Counted from the first letter of the whole stretch, positions 24,969 to 38,335 are shown. The stretch: 63,708 nt of DNA, filler included, from Octopus bimaculoides (GCF_001194135.2; 7 parts of 6 records of this genome joined end to end with filler, not necessarily neighbours in it); one strand, 5' to 3'. Notes: generated by a model from the letters alone, not told the origin. Numbers and translations: made by a program.

Positions 24969-25284
24969 GAATAAAAGAATGCATATAAATACTAATGCGT
25001 ATATACATGACATCGATTTCAGAAACAACATACTATCTCACACATTCAAATATACACACAAACGTCGATGTATTTGCACATGACGTTGATGTTAGTTTCA
25101 CATTTTGGCACAAGGCCTTCAATTTCAGGAGAGTAGTTAAGTCGATTACAACGACGCTAGCGCCAAACTGATACTTATGTTACTGCGGCTGTTGATCATA
25201 ACGCTGATGTTTAACATGGTGATAGTGCTAACTGAGCTGACACTATAGTCAACCCGTTTTGCAACCATCTTGACCTTTATACAG

Positions 25285-25482
25285 CCAAGTTGGGGGAGAG
25301 GGGGTGTCGATTACATCGACCCTGGTGTTCAATTGGTACTTATTTCATCGACTCTGAAAGGATGAAAGGCAAAGTCGACCTCGGCTGAATTTGAACAAAA
25401 ATACTGTACAAATACAGCGACGGGTGAAATATCGCTAAGTATTCGTCCAGCGTGCTAAGGATTCTGTCAGCTGCCCTCCTTA
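25285..25482 (-). mobile_element. SINE family C
   Basis: gaaaggatgaaaggcaaagtcgacctcggctgaatttgaac core. Confidence 0.8.
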
Positions 25483-25492
25483 ATAATAATCA

Positions 25493-25573
<81 letters not shown>

Positions 25574-25717
25574 NNNNNNNNNNNNNNNNNNNNNNNNNNN
25601 NNNNNNNNNNNNNNNNNTTAATTAATTAANNNNNNNNNNNNNNNNNNNNNNNNNNNNNNNNNNNNNNNNNNNNTATATGCATGTTTGTGCGCGCGCGTGT
25701 ATTTATGTATGTATGTA

Positions 25718-25772
<55 letters not shown>

Positions 25773-26524
25773 CGATGTACGTATTCGTTTATTTCTCTCG
25801 TGCTCTCTATCTCTCACCCTATATATGCATACATATATAAATAAGTTCAGGTTTAGTATATATATGCTCTATTTAAAACGATCAAAGCCTTCAAGTTCGG
25901 AAGTACTGAGTAATTATCATAAATATTCAAAACAATCTCTTTCGCCCTCCATGAGTAATAACTCACCTCTGGGGTTAAAATTTCTCACTGTTCCAGTTCT
26001 TCAAAACTAATTACACTAAATTACTGTATTATTTTCTCCATTAATATAACCAGGTTTCCAACTCGTGTTACAGTTTATTTTTCGAAATTGATGGATTGAT
26101 GCGAATCTAATTATTTGTAGATATATTTTTAGTAGTTTGTGTTGTGTAGTGTGATTGTGCCATTTTGACCATCATAAGACAATGTGAGCAAAATTCATCT
26201 GGTGTCAAATACATTATTGTCATTAAAAGAGAATATGCAGAAAAAGTAATGTTCGTTATATATATTTTTACTATTATAAAATGATGTGTGAGAACAAATG
26301 ATATATATATATATACTACTATTACTACGTGTTTAATTACATACATATATGTGTGTATGAGCATACATACATACATACATACATACATACATACATACAT
26401 ACATACATACATACATACATACGTACATACATTCATACGTACATATATGCATATATAAACACAGACACATGCTATCACACTATTATGAATTTCAGCGTTA
26501 GAATAATTGCTATTATATGAATAC

Positions 26525-26618
<94 letters not shown>

Positions 26619-26699
26619 GAGCAGGACCGCCAATTACCAATCACCAACGCATACCAATCCCCAATGCTTACCAATCCCCAACGTTTGAAACTCAAGAGT

Positions 26700-29600
26700 A
26701 CCAACGAATTTCAATTAGATTGTTTCGATCCATATATACGGTGGTTGTCTACTCCTTATGCAGAGTTTGACCACCTCCTCTATCTACATCTTAGAACCAT
26801 CATAGCATCTAATGTGGCTTTTTAAAACAGACAATGTTTTGAAAAGACACCCACATGGATTGCATATTCGATTTGGACCAGCAAGAGCTGCAGATAAGTT
26901 TTGATCCTTGTGGATCCTAAAATGTCTTTTGAGGGCTCCGTTAGATTTGCAAACCTTCTGGCATACACTGCATTCAAAGGTTTGTACAGACATATAGTCA
27001 GAATAGTTGGTGGAGGTTCGTTTCCCATGGGTTCGCAAATGAGATTGGGGCCAAGCAAAAGAAAGGCAAGGTCTGTCACAGATTGTGCACACAAAAAGGT
27101 CATTGTGATTTACCTTCTCAATCATAACATTCTTCCTTAAATCTCTCTTGGGTCTTGCATGCGTTATCCTGGCCTCTTCAAACGCTTTCACTCCACTCCA
27201 CACTTTTGTTCGCCATCCAGCTCGATCCGAAGCAAGGGTTTCTATATCCTCTGGGTCCATTCCAAGTGACTTCGTAGTAGTCCTTTTGCCGTCCTTAAAC
27301 CTCTTTTTAGGTTTACGCCGATAGCGTTTCCCTTTGCAAGCTCACCATAAAACAATTGTTTGGGCGTGCGTTCGTCCACCATTCGAACAATATGGCCACA
27401 CCATCTCATTTGGTTTCTCAAAATCATAGCTCTAATTGAGGTGATGCCTGCAGATACAAGGACATCTGCGTTTGGAGTAAAATAACTCCATTTAATGTTT
27501 AAAATGCAAGGAAGGCATTTTTGGTGGAATTGTTCTAACAATTTAAAATGTCTTTCATAACATTTCCATGTTTCACAAGAATACAACAGGGATGGTAAAA
27601 CAAATGATTTGTAAAGAGCCAGCTTTGTATTGTTATTTATATGTCACTGCTGCCCTTTGAATTCGCAGATGTATTTCTATATCCATATTTCCATAATTTT
27701 GTACAGAGCTTCCAAGGTAGAGGAACGAATCAACAACCTCAAGTAACTTACTCTTAATAAAAATGTTAGCGGGGTTACACACAGCACTACATGCAGGTTG
27801 ATATATCAAAACTGATTTTTTTCAAGTTGATGGTTAAGCCAAAATCATCACAAGCTGAGTCAAGAGCATATACAAGAGATTGCAGACCACCTTCGGAATG
27901 ACTGACAAGATCGCAATCGTCACCCTATAAAAGTTCCCTAATGAGTGAAGTAAAAACTTTCGTTTTGAATTTCAGTCTGGTCAGATTAAAAACATTCCCT
28001 GTTGTTCGATATTTTACGTAAATGCCCTCCTCAGAGTTTTGAAAAGCATGTGACAACACAACAGCAAAGTATATTACAAAGAGTGTGGGTCTCCTTGCTT
28101 TACTCCATTTTCCACGGCAAAAGATTCAGAGAGCTTATCACCAAAATTAACTCTAGCTTTCATAACTTGATGCAAAGTGCTGATCATGTTTACAAATTTT
28201 TCTGGGAAACCTATTTTCCTTAGAATTAGCCACAGAGCATTTCGATTAACAGTATCGAATGTTTTGTTCAAATCAACAAAGCAATAATATGGGGCAAGAT
28301 TTTGTTCCATGCATTTTTCTTGAAATCGTCTGATAGTAAAGATACAATTACCTGTGCCCCTGGGGGAGCGAAAACCACACTGAGACTCAGGCACCATATT
28401 TGAAACTATGACGGTATTTAAACGTTCTAACAAGTACCTTTCCAACCACAGACAAAAGTGAAATCCCACGAAAATTAATTACCGCACAGATCCTTTGGGC
28501 CCGATTTATACAAGGAGTCTAAAATGGCATCAATCCAGTCTTGAGGTACTTTCTCAGTTCTCCAACAGTGACAAATTAATATATTTAAGAGTTCAAACAT
28601 TTTGTCAACCCCATATTTCAAGACTTCTGTAGAGATTCCATCAGACCCTGGAGACTTATTGTTATTCAGCTTATTCATAACTAAATAAATGTCATTTAGA
28701 TTTGGTTCAAATGCCATCTCTTCTATAACTGGAAGGTGTTCAGTTTTTCTATCATTCTCATGTCAGCGGATGATGGTGTATTCAAAAGTGCAGAAAAATG
28801 CTCTACCCAGCGCTTAAGAATAGAAGCAGTGTCAGTCAGAAGCAAACGTCCATTTGATGTTTTCACTGGAGCCATTGAAGATTTTGGGCCATATACCTCC
28901 TTAAAATAAGAGTACAAACCCTTGGCATCATTTTTATTAGCTGCTTCTTGTGCCCATTTTTCTCTATCATTCCACCATTCCTGTTCAATTTTCCTTAGAG
29001 CAGTCTACACCCCCTTTCAGTTTTCTGTAAGCTTCGTTTGGGTTGGGGATTTAAGGACTGAGAAAGAAGTGTATTGCCTAAGTTTTGTTTTTCTAATTCT
29101 CGTCATTACCAACTCTTGCGTTGAAATCTCCCAATATGACGAGCTTGTCAGAAATTGTTACTCTCCACAATAATTGTGCTAGATCGTCATAAAACTGTCC
29201 TACAGTTTCATGAGAATGAGACATTGCTGGTGCATAAATACTGACAACGGTATCTTTTGTCAGTTTTATACGGCATGATGGTCCGCTCAGATATACCACT
29301 TGGTAGTTCTGCACTGGAGGATACTAATGAATTCTTGAGAGCAAACCCAACACCAGATTCTCTACACTGACCCTCAGGTAGGCCTCTCCAAAAGATAGTA
29401 TATCCATAAGTAGATACATTTATTTGACTTCACCAGACAGACGAGTTTCAGAGAGCGCAACTATATCAAGGGAATATTTCTTAAGCTCACATGTAATAAG
29501 TGCAGTACGCCTTTCTGGCCTCTTGTTGAAATTATCATCAAGAAGTGTGAGCACATTCCAACAGCCAAAATTCAAAGGGTGTTTATTTTTACTTTTTCTT

Positions 29601-29700
29601 GAAGATTGTTTGACCACAGTGGCAAAATAACGACCGGACCCAGCCTGTGATACGCTGGGACACCTACCGAGCCAGACCTGTTTCCCTGACTCCCCCCCCT
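26700..29700 (-). mobile_element. Near-full-length decayed RTE-clade LINE (APE-RT with C-terminal C2H2 fingers)
   Basis: GCWNVLTL..RPERRTALI..DIVALSETRL; ILGDFNARVG; ESQCGFR..FVDLNKTFDTVNR..GVKQGD; RWCGHIVRM..PKQLFYGEL; three C2H2-like motifs in ORF 26784-27260; fragmented by stops and frameshifts. Confidence 0.92.
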
Positions 29701-29871
29701 TTTTTTTTTACCATTTATTGAATCTGTTTGAGACATTCCAGAGTAAGTTACAAGTTCATTTTTAGGTTATATATATATATATTAAGTGTATGATTAATTT
29801 ATGGAATGAAATTCTACAAATCCAATCATATTTGTCAAAAATGGAGGAGATAAGATGTTAAAAAGTTATAA

Positions 29872-29945
29872 TGGATACAATTGTTTCGTATATAGATTTA
29901 AATTCATATTTGAATTTGGAAATTATCATTGTACTCATCAGTGCA
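29872..29945 (-). ncRNA. Type I hammerhead ribozyme motif, core intact
   Basis: Minus strand: TGCA-CTGATGA-GTACA..TATAC-GAAAC-AATT-GTA-TCCA; one mismatch in stem I. Confidence 0.7.
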
Positions 29946-30732
29946 AAGAAAAAATAATAATAGAAACTTAAAAAAAGAGCAGAGAAGTTGGATCTATGAG
30001 TTTCATGATTATCTGTTCCTATTTATGTGTGATAGTGATGGGAGTCATGTCAATTATTAAACAACAACTAACGGATGAACGGTTAGGGGATGATATAAAT
30101 ATAGAGATATCGATAAGACTCATTCTATAGATTAGTATAGATTTGCTAATTAAATCTCCATATATGTAGCATAGGACGAGTAACTTAAAGAAATGGCCAA
30201 TGAGAAAATGTTACTGAATGCAAATTAAATCTAACCGTTAAAAAACAATACTTGGTATTTTTTAATAAAAAATCATAAACAGGTGAAGAAAGTTTAACGT
30301 AAAAAAATCGTTTGTAAAGCTTATACTGGAAAATTAATGATGCCATTTATGAAAATATAGGGGGAGGGGGAGGAATTAAAAAGAATGAAGTGGACGTGGA
30401 TTAAGGACTCTTGTTTACTCAAAATCCGTATTAAGGTAATATGGAAGTATAATAAAGGAGGAAATGAGGAAAAGTGGTAATTCAAATGGAAACATGACGA
30501 TTAAGGTTGTATTATATTTACGAAGTGTATTGCTAAGAAGAGAGATAAGAGAACATTTTAGGAGAAGTAGTTAAAAGAGAAACATAGAAGCGATAAGGTG
30601 ATAAATTAGAGAGGGTGGAAAGGATACGAAATTTTACTAGTGTAGAGGAGGTAAATGAGAAGAAAAAGTAATAATTGATCAATGTGATGTAATGAGAGGA
30701 GTGAATGTTAAAAATAAAAGAAACAGAGAATA

Positions 30733-30764
<32 letters not shown>

Positions 30765-31029
30765 CATATANNNNNNNNNNNNNNNNNNNNNNNNNNNNNN
30801 NNNNNNNNNNNNNNNNNNNNNNNNNNNNNNNNNNNNNNNNNNNNNNNNNNNNNNNNNNNNNNNNNNNNNNNNNNNNNNNNNNNNNNNNNNNNNNNNNNNN
30901 NNNNNNNNNNNNNNNNNNNNNNNNNNNNNNNNNNNNNNNNNNNNNNNTATGTATATATATATATATAAATATATGTATATATATATACATATACATTTTA
31001 ATATCAAATATATCATCATCATCATGATC

Positions 31030-31230
31030 CCTATTTTACGTCTACCTTCCATACTGGTAAGCGTTGGACATTTGGATGGGATCGGAACGTCGGATGACTG
31101 GATCTTGCTCTAGTGTTTCACTTTTGGCAAAGTTTCGCGGTTGGGTGCACTTGCCAATACTATCCACTTTACAGAGTGTAGTCGGTGTTTTGATTGTAGC
31201 ACCAGCCACTAGTGCAGTCGTAATATGCGC
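31030..31230. repeat. Degenerate dispersed repeat, related to 51960-52080
   Basis: cttccatactggtaagcgttggac resembles tgctagcatgggttggac at 51961; weak similarity. Confidence 0.4.
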
Positions 31231-32245
31231 AAAACTAAAGAACTGTTACACTAAAAGAAATGAGAGAGGGGAGGGGGAAAAGTAGAAGGATGATAGAAAA
31301 AGGTGAGCAGGGATGATCCAGCATTAAAGGAGTAAATGCAGACGGAAGGTGAGTGAGAGAGCATAAGATAAGAGGATGACAAGGAACCGGAAAGGCTGAG
31401 GGGTGAGGGATATCACAGGTTAAGACAAAAGTGGGGATGTCGTGGAAGGGCAGAGAGAAAGAAAGAAAGAAAAAAGATAGACAGATAGAGAGAGAGAGTG
31501 AGAGAGAGAGAGTGAGAGAGAGAGAGAGAGAGAGGTGACAGAGCTGTGAGAAGACGGTAAGAGGGAAACCACATCTGATTCTTCTTGTACAGTTCTTCTT
31601 ATATAGTTTGTCTCTTAAACAATTTGTATTGTGTCATTCATGCAACCTAATATCAGCTCGCTTCATCTCCTTTTAGATTCGCAGATCCTCTGCATTCAGA
31701 CCCAAATCTCACTACCTTGTTGCAAAGTACTTCAATCACAAGTATCACTTCAAACACAAGCATCTACCATTCACATGGAGTGAGAAGCCCTTTGTCACCG
31801 ATAAACAAAGTTACTCACTAAAGATTTTCAACCCCGTTCTTACTCTGACTACTATGTTTAAGTCTTCCCGTCCTCGCCGCTATTTAAGTCATTTCGGTAA
31901 CAAAAACGGCAGACGGAGACTTCTGAGCAGCTGAGAGCATCCATTTCTCGAGTAAACTCCGTCCTAAACTCTCTTGCGCACATGGCACATACGAAGTCTG
32001 CTTTTACTCTCGACGATGTAAATTCTGTTGTCCGATTAACTGAATCACCTGCACACAAATTAAAATGAAGGTGGTTGTGTATTCGATAGACAGGTGTACT
32101 CTTATAGTTATCCTCTGTAAGTATGGGTGGATTCGGAAAAATAGAAAATTACATTTGCCCTAGGTCACACAGTGGGATCGAACCAGACACTTCTTGGTTA
32201 TGAAACGAGCTTCGGCCATACTGCGTATATACACGCACACGCACG

Positions 32246-32297
<52 letters not shown>

Positions 32298-32299
32298 TG

Positions 32300-32375
<76 letters not shown>

Positions 32376-32384
32376 TATGTGTAG

Positions 32385-32757
32385 ATAAATAACAAGGGAT
32401 GGATAATGCGTCAATCCACTATAGCAATTTACAAGAAGTTTTTAAGTGATTAATGGAGACATCACCTCATTAAGAAAACCATGTTCATCAGGTGAATACA
32501 TGAATTACAACATTCAAAAACACTCAAAAGCCAACAGCTTGTGCCATTTCCTGATCCTATGATTGCCGGCAATCATCACAGAATCAGAAAGTGGCACAAG
32601 CTGTTGGCTTTTGAGTGTTTTTGAATGTTGTAATTCATGTATTCACCTGATGAACATGGTTTTCTTAATGACGAAATGTTTCCATTAATCACTTGAAGAC
32701 TTGTAAACAGCCGTAGTGGATTGACACATTATCCATTATCCATCCCTTGTAATTTAT
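32385..32757. repeat. About 370-bp palindrome
   Basis: Perfect 80-bp IR 32467-32546/32592-32671; central perfect palindrome ATGATTGCCGGCAATCAT at 32559-32576; outer arms diverged. Confidence 0.95.
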
Positions 32758-33054
32758 TTATTTATTTATTATTTACCTCGCTCGGAACTTACTCCTTGCG
32801 TAGATCCGAAGTATATTATGGACCGTACATTTAATGCAATGTGCATTTCCTCATTAGTCTGAGGGCTCATGATATACTCTGTCGGTTACAGTTGATCGTA
32901 CAGATAACTTGGACAGCTTTCTACCTTTACTTGAGTATTCCTCTATTTTTGCTGGGTATGCACATTTTTCGACCTCTCCTGGTGCCTTATCATTTAAGTG
33001 CCTGATTCATTTGAATCCTGATCTATTTTATATATATATATATATATTTGTATA

Positions 33055-33271
33055 TGTATATATCGCGGTTCACCTATCGCGGTTTATTATTTAAGATTAC
33101 GTCGGTCGATTCCTCCGTGATGTCTTGCATTCATAATAAAATAAATATATACAAATTATAAAAATATAAAAATATATATACAGTAGAATACTGTTTCTAC
33201 TTAGTGGATTTTCACCTATAGCGGGTGTGGGGCTGGAACGTAACATCCGCGATAGTCGAGGAATTATTGTA
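33055..33271. mobile_element. One end of a pogo/Tigger-like non-autonomous DNA transposon
   Basis: Reverse strand reads TACAATAATTCCTCGACTATCGCGGATGTTACGTTCC..GCTATAGGTGAAAATCC; internal ttcacctatcgcgg repeats; partner end not found. Confidence 0.5.
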
Positions 33272-33349
33272 TATGTATATATGATACACGCGCGCGCGCG
33301 CGCACACACGCACGCTCACACATACACACACATATCAAAAACGGATGAA

Positions 33350-33520
33350 AAAGTCCCTCCTGACGGTATAGATTTCCCGGTCCGTCGCAGGATAACTCAT
33401 TTTTGTCGACTGAGTGGACGACAGCAAAGTGAGAGGAAGTGTCTTGCAGAAGAACACAACGCCTTGCCTAGTCCCGGAATCGAACCAGAATCTTACGATC
33501 ATTAGTGCAACACTGTAATC
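33350..33520 (-). mobile_element. Degenerate SINE related to 61181-61414
   Basis: aagaacacaacg..ggaatcgaacc..atcttacgatcat shared. Confidence 0.6.
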
Positions 33521-33840
33521 ACTGTTTCAGTCACTGGACTGTAGCCAAGCAGGTGTACTGCTTGAAGGATTTAGTCGAACAAATCGCTCTCCAGCACTTA
33601 ATTTTCTAAGTCTCTTTTACTGAACTTTCTCAGTTGCAGAGACGTAAATAAGCTAGCACCAGTTGTCAAGGAATGTTCACACACACATTTCGCGACGGGC
33701 TTCTTTCAGTTTCTGTCGACTAAATCTACTCCCAAGACTTTGGAGGGCTCTGGGCTAGAGTAGAAGGCACTTGCCCAAAACTGAACCCGGAACCATGCAG
33801 TTAAGAAGCAAACCTCTTACCACACAATCACGCTCGCCTT
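33521..33840 (-). mobile_element. Degenerate SINE family A (5' and 3' parts)
   Basis: cgacgggcttctttcagtttc..cacttgcccaa..ctgaacccggaaccatg..cttaccacac. Confidence 0.65.
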
Positions 33841-33968
33841 TATATACATATCCATGCATACGTACATACACACACACGCACACACACACAAATATATATC
33901 GTATGTATGTGTGTGTATAAAGAGATAGCTATTTAGATATTTAGTGGGTAGATAGTTAAACACGCGCG

Positions 33969-34007
<39 letters not shown>

Positions 34008-34249
34008 TATCACTGACTGTTGTTACTCGTAATATTACAAATAATTAGTAATTATTCTCACACGTGAATTTAGGATAGTGAGAATGGAAGTAATTAACGA
34101 TAAAGATTTCGGATCTTAGCAGGGTCACCGACATTAAGAGGGAGGAAATAGTGTAAGGATATATATTAGCAACAGAGACAATATTAATATCAGGAGGTGA
34201 TATTTATCTCCACTTAAAAGTGGCTGTTCTGTTAGAACAAACTATACTG

Positions 34250-34400
34250 TGGTAGTTACCATGAGAAAAATTGAAAGGTGTATTTGGTCCAAGAAAGGGC
34301 TGTACAGAACCTATTCTTTCTAATGACGGAAAAAAACTTTTAAGGAGCAAAGATAAAATTCTGAAAAGATGGGTTGAACACTTTAAATCTGTATTAAATC
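34250..34400 (+). mobile_element. Small RTE LINE fragment
   Basis: KGVFGPRKG..DGKKLLRSKDKILKRWVEHFKSVLN resembles KEVYGPKS..ILKRWVEHFSALLN at 28723-28917. Confidence 0.65.
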
Positions 34401-34456
<56 letters not shown>

Positions 34457-34801
34457 AGTTTAACAAATAATAATAATAATGAAGTTTAACATGTGAGTAC
34501 GATAAATCACTGCTCCGAAACTTATCCAAAAACATCGGAAATAAAGACATCGCATGGAGCCCAAATATAGCTGACAAAGGGTTGGACTATACCCGAGTAA
34601 GTAATACTCATTGAAATTTATTCCTATTTTTCCAAATATAATGATGTATTTTAACTTGATACCTCCACTACCCGAACAGCGATCGTAAACACACGTGTTA
34701 CNNNNNNNNNNNNNNNNNNNNNNNNNNNNNNNNNNNNNNNNNNNNTTAATTAATTAANNNNNNNNNNNNNNNNNNNNNNNNNNNNNNNNNNNNNNNNNNN
34801 N

Positions 34802-34838
<37 letters not shown>

Positions 34839-35869
34839 CATACATACATGTGTATATATATGTGTGTGTGTATACGCATAAATATGCATCTACACATATA
34901 TATGTACAAACACCTGTATACATGTATCTATTAATGCATGTGTGTAGGGAGGAAGAGAGAGACTGAATAGTCTCGTACTTCTACAATTGTCTCGCTAAGA
35001 TTATTGGCTGAGGCGAAAACATGGTACCGTAAGGTATGTAGCAAGCCCAACGTCCAATTGATAATGTGATATGTCACTCATCTTTGGAGTGATCAGTCTT
35101 ACTAAATAGAAATGGCAGCCATGACATGCTGATTAATCAACAGATCATGAACAAAGTTTCATTGAACGTTATAGTTTTGGATATTATTGGTGAAGTGGAT
35201 TTCCACATAACAGTAAAATTTCCTTCACCGATTGCGTTCGGTGGTATGATATTGAAATACTGAACTGTTTGAGTTGCACTATTCTGTCTAGTCATTAATG
35301 GTAGGTTTTTTTTTTCTATCTGATAAGCCAAGATTTCTTATGGTTTTCCTTGTAGTCGATTCTGTCCGTCTATCGATCTACCTCATCCACTGTTAAAATT
35401 TGAACAATCACAACATCAATAACGAAACAACGAGGACGTACATATAGAATGTATTAGTTTGACGCCCGATAAAGATGGGAAAATACGTCAACCAACATAC
35501 CTATCAACCTACCTCCTTCGCTCCCTACCTACCTACCTACCTACCTACCTACCTAGCTACCCACGTTCTGCTGTTTGTCAAACCTTCAATGCCAATGTTT
35601 GGTACAAGGGCCTTCGGGATTTTCCATTTTTATATCACTGCATATCTTTCCTGCCTTCTTTCTTGGTAGAAGAATTCTAATTCTTTCAGTCTTTCCTAGT
35701 AGCTGATACGTGTCATTAAGACGATTATATTTGTATAGCTATGTTCGATTGCTTCGAGTTCCACCGTTAGTTTTATATTCTTTGGTGACTATAGTTGGGA
35801 ACAGTAGCGCAAGGGCTGAAGACGTATGCCTACCATCGTTGTCTCCTTTTCTCTTGTTTTGAAAGTTCG

Positions 35870-37050
35870 GAGGATCCATCCTGTTGTCCGTCTGCATTTT
35901 ATTACCAAATTGGGAATATGCACTTAGAAAGATGCATCAATGCTTATGTCAATGCCTAGTTCACGCATTGATTTTGATTCGGGAATTGCAATTATTCCCG
36001 GACCAGTGTATTCTGTCTGCATATCGTTCAGCCTTGCTGGTAGCGCAGGGCTCGGAATTTTCCTGCATTAAACTGCAAGTTGTTGTCCTCCGTCCATCTA
36101 TATATTGCGTCCAACTCCCGTTGCAGATATGCAATATTTCCAGGATTTTGTACTGAGAGACTTTTTTCCATCAACATAGCTAGCAGGAATAGCTATCTGA
36201 ACAGCTGAGGGCATGTCTGAGAAGGCCACTATGAATAACAGTGGCCCTAAGATAGTGCCCTGTGGAACACAACTTGCTATTTGTGTTTCCTTAACGTTTG
36301 CCCCGTTGCCCACCACTGTCTGTCGTCTATCTTTCAGAAAGTCGTGTAGCCACTCTCTAAGTTTTCCGACTATAACTGAGATCACGCATTTTGTGACATA
36401 TCATACAATGGTCGACTTTTACAAAGTCAAAATATATCACATCCACGCTTGAGTAATTTAGCAGCTGATTAAACACCCAACCGTAGTGTTGCAAGAGATG
36501 TGTTAGGTAGCTTCGAAAATCCATGGTTGAAATCCATCGTGGGTGTCAGACAGCAAGTCATTTTCTTCAAGGAACGCGATTAGTTTCTTGTGGAGTATTC
36601 GTTGCATGACTTTGCTGATGTGTCAGAGAGATAAATCTATAATTTGTAGCATCTGCTTTGCTTCATTCCTTATGGATAGGTTCATATTATCCTTTCCTTC
36701 AGTTTGTCCGGGAGTTTACCACTTGCACTAAATTTCTGAAAAGGAAACTGCCGCGGTTTTTCCAGGTTCCTTTGCACGATTTGAGAAGGACCGCTGTGAG
36801 TCCCTCAGAGCAAGCAGTTCAGTTTGTGTCAACCTCATCTGTGACCAATGTTACATCTTCTTTAAAGCTGATGTTATCAGTTTTCGCCTCTTTGATTACA
36901 GGTAAAGTGGCAAAGAATGCTGCTGGTTTGTTCCCTTGCCTGTGTTCCACAGGTGCAGTGACAACACTTTGAAACTTTTCGTTCAGTATTTCACTTAATC
37001 TTATTCCATGTTTTATATGAGTTTATGTCTTTAAGTCTGTATTTCTTCCC
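35870..37050 (-). mobile_element. Decayed CR1-like LINE RT fragment
   Basis: NYRFISLTHISKVMQRI..HDGF; WLHDFLKDRRQTV..VPQGTILGPLLFI..YVDG; DNNLQFNAGKF. Confidence 0.85.
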
Positions 37051-37059
37051 CCATCATCG

Positions 37060-37230
37060 CTGTAACTTAGCGATTCGGCAAACAAGGCGGATAGAATAAG
37101 TACTGGATTTTACAAAATAAGCCCTGGCGTCTATTTCTTTGTCTAAAACCCTTCAAGGCGGTGCTTTGAGTAAATGGATAAAGAATAACAGAATATATAT
37201 TGCAAAACCACTTGGTGTGCTACCAGTTAA
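37060..37230 (+). mobile_element. SINE family A, 3' part
   Basis: gtaacttagcgattcggcaa..gatagaataagtact..aaggcggtgct. Confidence 0.65.
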
Positions 37231-38073
37231 ACGTTCATCAAGAGAAAATGCAAGCCTATCTCAGTACCTTCTGCTCAACAGAGGTATTATACATATATAT
37301 ATTTACATGCGCACATACATACACAGAAGGACAGGTACACATACATATATGCACACATTCAGAGACAGACGCGCAGTCACAGACATACAGAGAAGCATGA
37401 ACACACACAAACTTATAAGAAATGAATGAAGCTTGTTCAGCGGCACGAATTTTCGAAACAATGGGGAATAAATGAATATCAAGTACAAAATGCGAATAAT
37501 ATTCATGTATTGAAACAATCAACGCTTTGAGAGATGGTAAACAAATATCTGAACTCAAATTTTAGCTAACTTTGTGTAGGTGAGACAATCTCATCATCGC
37601 AAGTATATGTGAAAGTTACATTAAAGTAGTATCATGTAATATATTCTTTGTCTAAATTTTCAAATATCGTAAGGAGTAGCTTATAAATAAAATATATATT
37701 TAAATAAGAATTGCATTATAATACCTATTTCCATGAATATATTACCGCAACCATAAATCAAAAGAGAGTATTCTATGATATTGTCCCTAGTTGTTCACAA
37801 AGTAATTCTGAGATTTCACTGAGTTTCGAATTAGAGATTCAAATTCTTTAGACATATAACTAGAACCATTGTCGATATTAAATAAATGACGCAAACAAAT
37901 CAGTTTCTTTTCGTCATAACCGCATAGCATAATATAAATTGATTGCGAGCAATACTTTAGCACCCAAATTATATTGAAAATGTGTTATATATATATATAT
38001 ATATATATAGTTTTAGGGAAAATAACCAATTTTCAAGAACTCATCGATGAAAATCCACTATCACATATAGAAA

Positions 38074-38335
38074 AATTAATAATTAAAAGCACAATAAATG
38101 AGTATAATATAAAGTAAATTTATTTATTTCTTTGATTAAAGTTGGTGCCGCTGCTATTTCTGAACTTCGGTATGTGGTGAAGCATGTATATATATATATA
38201 TATGTATTCTTTTTTTATTCCTTTTACTTGTTTTAGCCATTTGACTGCGGCAAAGCTGTGGCACCAACTTTAATCAAAGAAATAAATAAATTTACTTTAT
38301 ATTATACTCATTTATTGTGCTTTTAATTATTAATT
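38074..38335. repeat. Perfect 76-bp inverted repeat with 110-bp spacer
   Basis: 38074-38149 is the exact reverse complement of 38260-38335. Confidence 0.95.

Noticed and set aside
31858-32058. Cys-containing minus ORF after a tgcag acceptor, and an open plus frame (EQLRASISRVNSVLNSL)
   Set aside because: Neither matches a family I recognise or the GPCR/GGA sequences; unsupported without RNA data
35137-35331. 64-aa protein-like minus ORF
   Set aside because: No homology recognised and no clear splice pair
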